In this document: piece after piece, positions 61,710 through 64,000 of the stretch
Position numbering within the stretch: position 1 is the first letter of the stretch
How the letters are laid out: each line of letters starts with the position of its first letter
DNA from: a virus
DNA length: 64,000 bases
IMG/VR virus record: IMGVR_UViG_3300043570_000998
Location: 25,843-89,842 of that record
Strand: one strand, 5' to 3'
Translations under genes and position numbers: made by a program
The notes under the pieces: model-generated
Database searches by the model: none
Told to the model about the DNA's origin: nothing
What the model saw: only the letters and a program-made list of their open reading frames with translations

Positions 61710-61920
61710 TTATTAGGTGGCACTAGTCACCAACTATTAGGTGGCGATAGTGCTAGTTATTAGGTGGCACTAGTGTGCTCACTAATTTAGTGTCCTTTAT
61801 TCTTGTAGATCGTGTATCGTACATCTTTACAAATTATTCAGATTTTGTACAAATCGAATTTATAAAAATTATTCAGATTTCATCGCATACGACAAATAAA
61901 AAAATATTCAGATTTTTGTC
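61704..61920. repeat. Two sets of short direct repeats
   Basis: TATTAGGTGGC x3 (two within identical 24-mers) and A(T/A)TATTCAGATTT x3. Confidence 0.75.
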
Positions 61921-62359
61921 AATACGAATATTTGTGCGGTATTAGAATTACTTATCCTTGAACATATCTTCATCAAACTTAGAAGCAACCCAGAAGCATA
62001 GTGTTCCAATAAGAATAGCTAAGCTGGGTGCTAAACAGATAATTATTATGATTTCGTTATAATTCACGGTAGATCATTCTCTTCCAATTCATCTCTAGTA
62101 ATAAGACCAAAGTTCAATAGACAAGCGTTCACAATCTTTCTTGATACTCTAAACTCTTGTGAGATATGACGAGATGTTTTCTCTAATTGTACAAAATGTT
62201 CATTGAGAAATTCTTTTGTTAAGTGTTTTGTTTCCATATGTCTATTATATCACAAGCTCTCAGAGGCTCTGTAAGGAGCTAGAATATAATTTGGTATGCA
62301 GATACGAAATAGCTTATTTTTCGACGGTATACAGCAAGCAACGCTTGCCTGATGTGTAT

Positions 62360-62590
62360 TCACCATTTATGTATAGGACAATAAGCCTTCTCTAGCTTAG
62401 TCTTCATCCTCATAAAACATTTACATATTGTACACGTATGGGCAAATGCATTATATAAAGGACATTCTCCACATATGGCTAATCGTTCTGATTGAAGTTC
62501 TTTGGTGGTACGAGGCTGGTTTGGATTAAGCAGGTCCCAGGGCATCACAGGTTTGGGGCTATTGCCATTAGGCATATCCTCATTTGTCAT
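62360..62590 (-). CDS. Cys-rich small protein
   Basis: ERL.IC..CP...C..C.CFM..K..L....CP..KW; leaderless. Confidence 0.7.
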   Translation of the reverse strand: MTNEDMPNGNSPKPVMPWDLLNPNQPRTTKELQSERLAICGECPLYNAFAHTCTICKCFMRMKTKLEKAYCPIHKW

Positions 62591-62790
62591 ATATCTAGTA
62601 TATCAACACATTCAGTATATCAACACATACTGCCCCATATGAGATGTTTTGTTATCCTTATTTGGGGATAGGGTGTTTGGGGTACTCTATCCGCCGCCGA
62701 ATTTTCCGCTTCGCTTAAATGACACTATATCTAGTTATTGTCGAAGAACTTTATATCAACATATAGTAAAAGTCTGTGTATAATATTAAT

Positions 62791-63081
62791 ATGGACCTCG
62801 CTTTGCTTCAAATGATACTAGGAATATGTATCAGTGTTGCTACAGTTATTACTATTTCAGCAACTGGAGTTAGATGGCTAGTCAGACACTACTTTGAAGA
62901 TATCAAAAAAGAACTTAAACCAAATAGTGGTAGTTCTATGAAAGATCAAGTAACTAGACTTGAAAATGATGTTTTAGACTTAAAAGTTCAGAATCAGCAA
63001 GGTGAAAGATTTCACGAAAAGCTAGATGATAAAATTGATAAATTAACTGAGATGTTTGTCAATTATGTTGCTAAAAAATAA
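62791..63081 (+). CDS. Membrane protein with coiled coil
   Basis: TM then PNSGSSMKD motif; leaderless. Confidence 0.6.
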   Translation: MDLALLQMILGICISVATVITISATGVRWLVRHYFEDIKKELKPNSGSSMKDQVTRLENDVLDLKVQNQQGERFHEKLDDKIDKLTEMFVNYVAKK

Positions 63082-63370
63082 GTAACACTAATGTCCTTCG
63101 GACTTGATTTGACTTGTTTTCGAAGAACTTTTCTTAGGGGATTCTTTCTTCTATTTGGTTTTTCTTATACTTCTATTCCCCCCATTATAGTAAGATACCA
63201 CAGTATGGAGAACGTTGTCAACCCTGATGCCAAAATTCGTTATATTTACTGGTGTAACATTTCGTAACAATTCAAAGTTGTGGTATTTTAAAAATTCTGC
63301 TATACTGGTGTTTACAACACCTTAACTTAGGGTGTTTTTCTCTTTATGAGAAGGAGGAGGTATCTGAAAT

Positions 63371-64000
63371 ATGAAAACAAATCCTAGAGTAAAGAGCTTT
63401 TTAATAAGTTCTATTATTTTATTTATATTGTTTGGAATGAGTGTATGCTCACCCTCAAACGCCCTGGCAGAAAATATTGATGCTAGTATATCTAGGTCAG
63501 GTCTTGATCGATCTGAAATCCGAGAGACAATTGCTGCTATTGAAGCAGAAAAACAAATTGAATATGAAACAATCTATAATCAAGTTGTGCAAGAAGAAGA
63601 AAGTAGAATTGCTAACCCAGAATCAACGCAATCTAAATTTGTAAAATTTGCACTTAAGTTTGAAGGAACGCCATACTGGTACGGAGGATCTACCCCATCT
63701 GGGTTTGATTGTTCTGGATTTGTAGGATATGTTCTTAAGCACGAGCTTGGAATAAAGTCTAGACATTCTGCTACTGCTCAAATGCAATTGGGTAAGAGAG
63801 TTAAAAATCCTCTACCTGGAGATCTTGTAGGTTTTGGTTACCGCAATCACTTTGGTCATATTGGTATTTATATTGGCAATGGCAAAGTTATTGACGCACT
63901 AAATCCTACTTATGATACTCAAATACGCAGTCTATCTTGGTTAAAAAGATCTGTTGGTCCAGCAGTATTTGTTAGAGTTATTGAACCATACAGAGATTTT
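63371..64000 (+). CDS. NlpC/P60 peptidoglycan hydrolase (runs off window; not in track)
   Basis: RBS AAGGAGG; signal peptide; GTPYWYGG..GFDCSG..GDLV.F..HIGIYIGNG. Confidence 0.9.
   Translation, partial: MKTNPRVKSFLISSIILFILFGMSVCSPSNALAENIDASISRSGLDRSEIRETIAAIEAEKQIEYETIYNQVVQEEESRIANPESTQSKFVKFALKFEGTPYWYGGSTPSGFDCSGFVGYVLKHELGIKSRHSATAQMQLGKRVKNPLPGDLVGFGYRNHFGHIGIYIGNGKVIDALNPTYDTQIRSLSWLKRSVGPAVFVRVIEPYRDF

Noticed and set aside
63441-63644. ORF-track 67-aa ORF
   Set aside because: Out-of-frame overlap with the NlpC/P60 gene starting at 63371

Overview
64 kb from a large lytic tailed phage of Actinomycetota. The host is inferred from WhiB, class Ib NrdHIEF, an MSMEG_6728-type protein, DnaE and many leaderless genes; the low GC suggests a freshwater actinobacterial host. 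Order: tail module (1-11.7 kb), replication/recombination (DnaB, primase, SSB, DnaE, RecA, Cas4-like, RuvC-like), terminase, nrdIEF, tRNAs, M23 endolysin, a minus-strand glycosyltransferase cluster, GroES/ThyX and small accessory genes. A ~12 kb minus-strand region of tiny genes (49.6-61.4 kb) follows, then a truncated NlpC/P60 gene. The most unusual part is that 12 kb region, built from repeated promoter cassettes. Fifteen promoters have the exact TGTCNN-N10-TANNNT geometry of actinobacterial PafBC (RecA-NDp) DNA-damage promoters. The cassettes also carry DnaA boxes and TTACGAA/GTAAC repeats, and they hold the only GCGC sites I could find in the window. The window also appears devoid of CATG while encoding a solitary NlaIII/NspI-like HNH nuclease. 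Five copies of a covarying H-type RNA pseudoknot lie just after stop codons. All motif counts are from manual reading and need computational confirmation.
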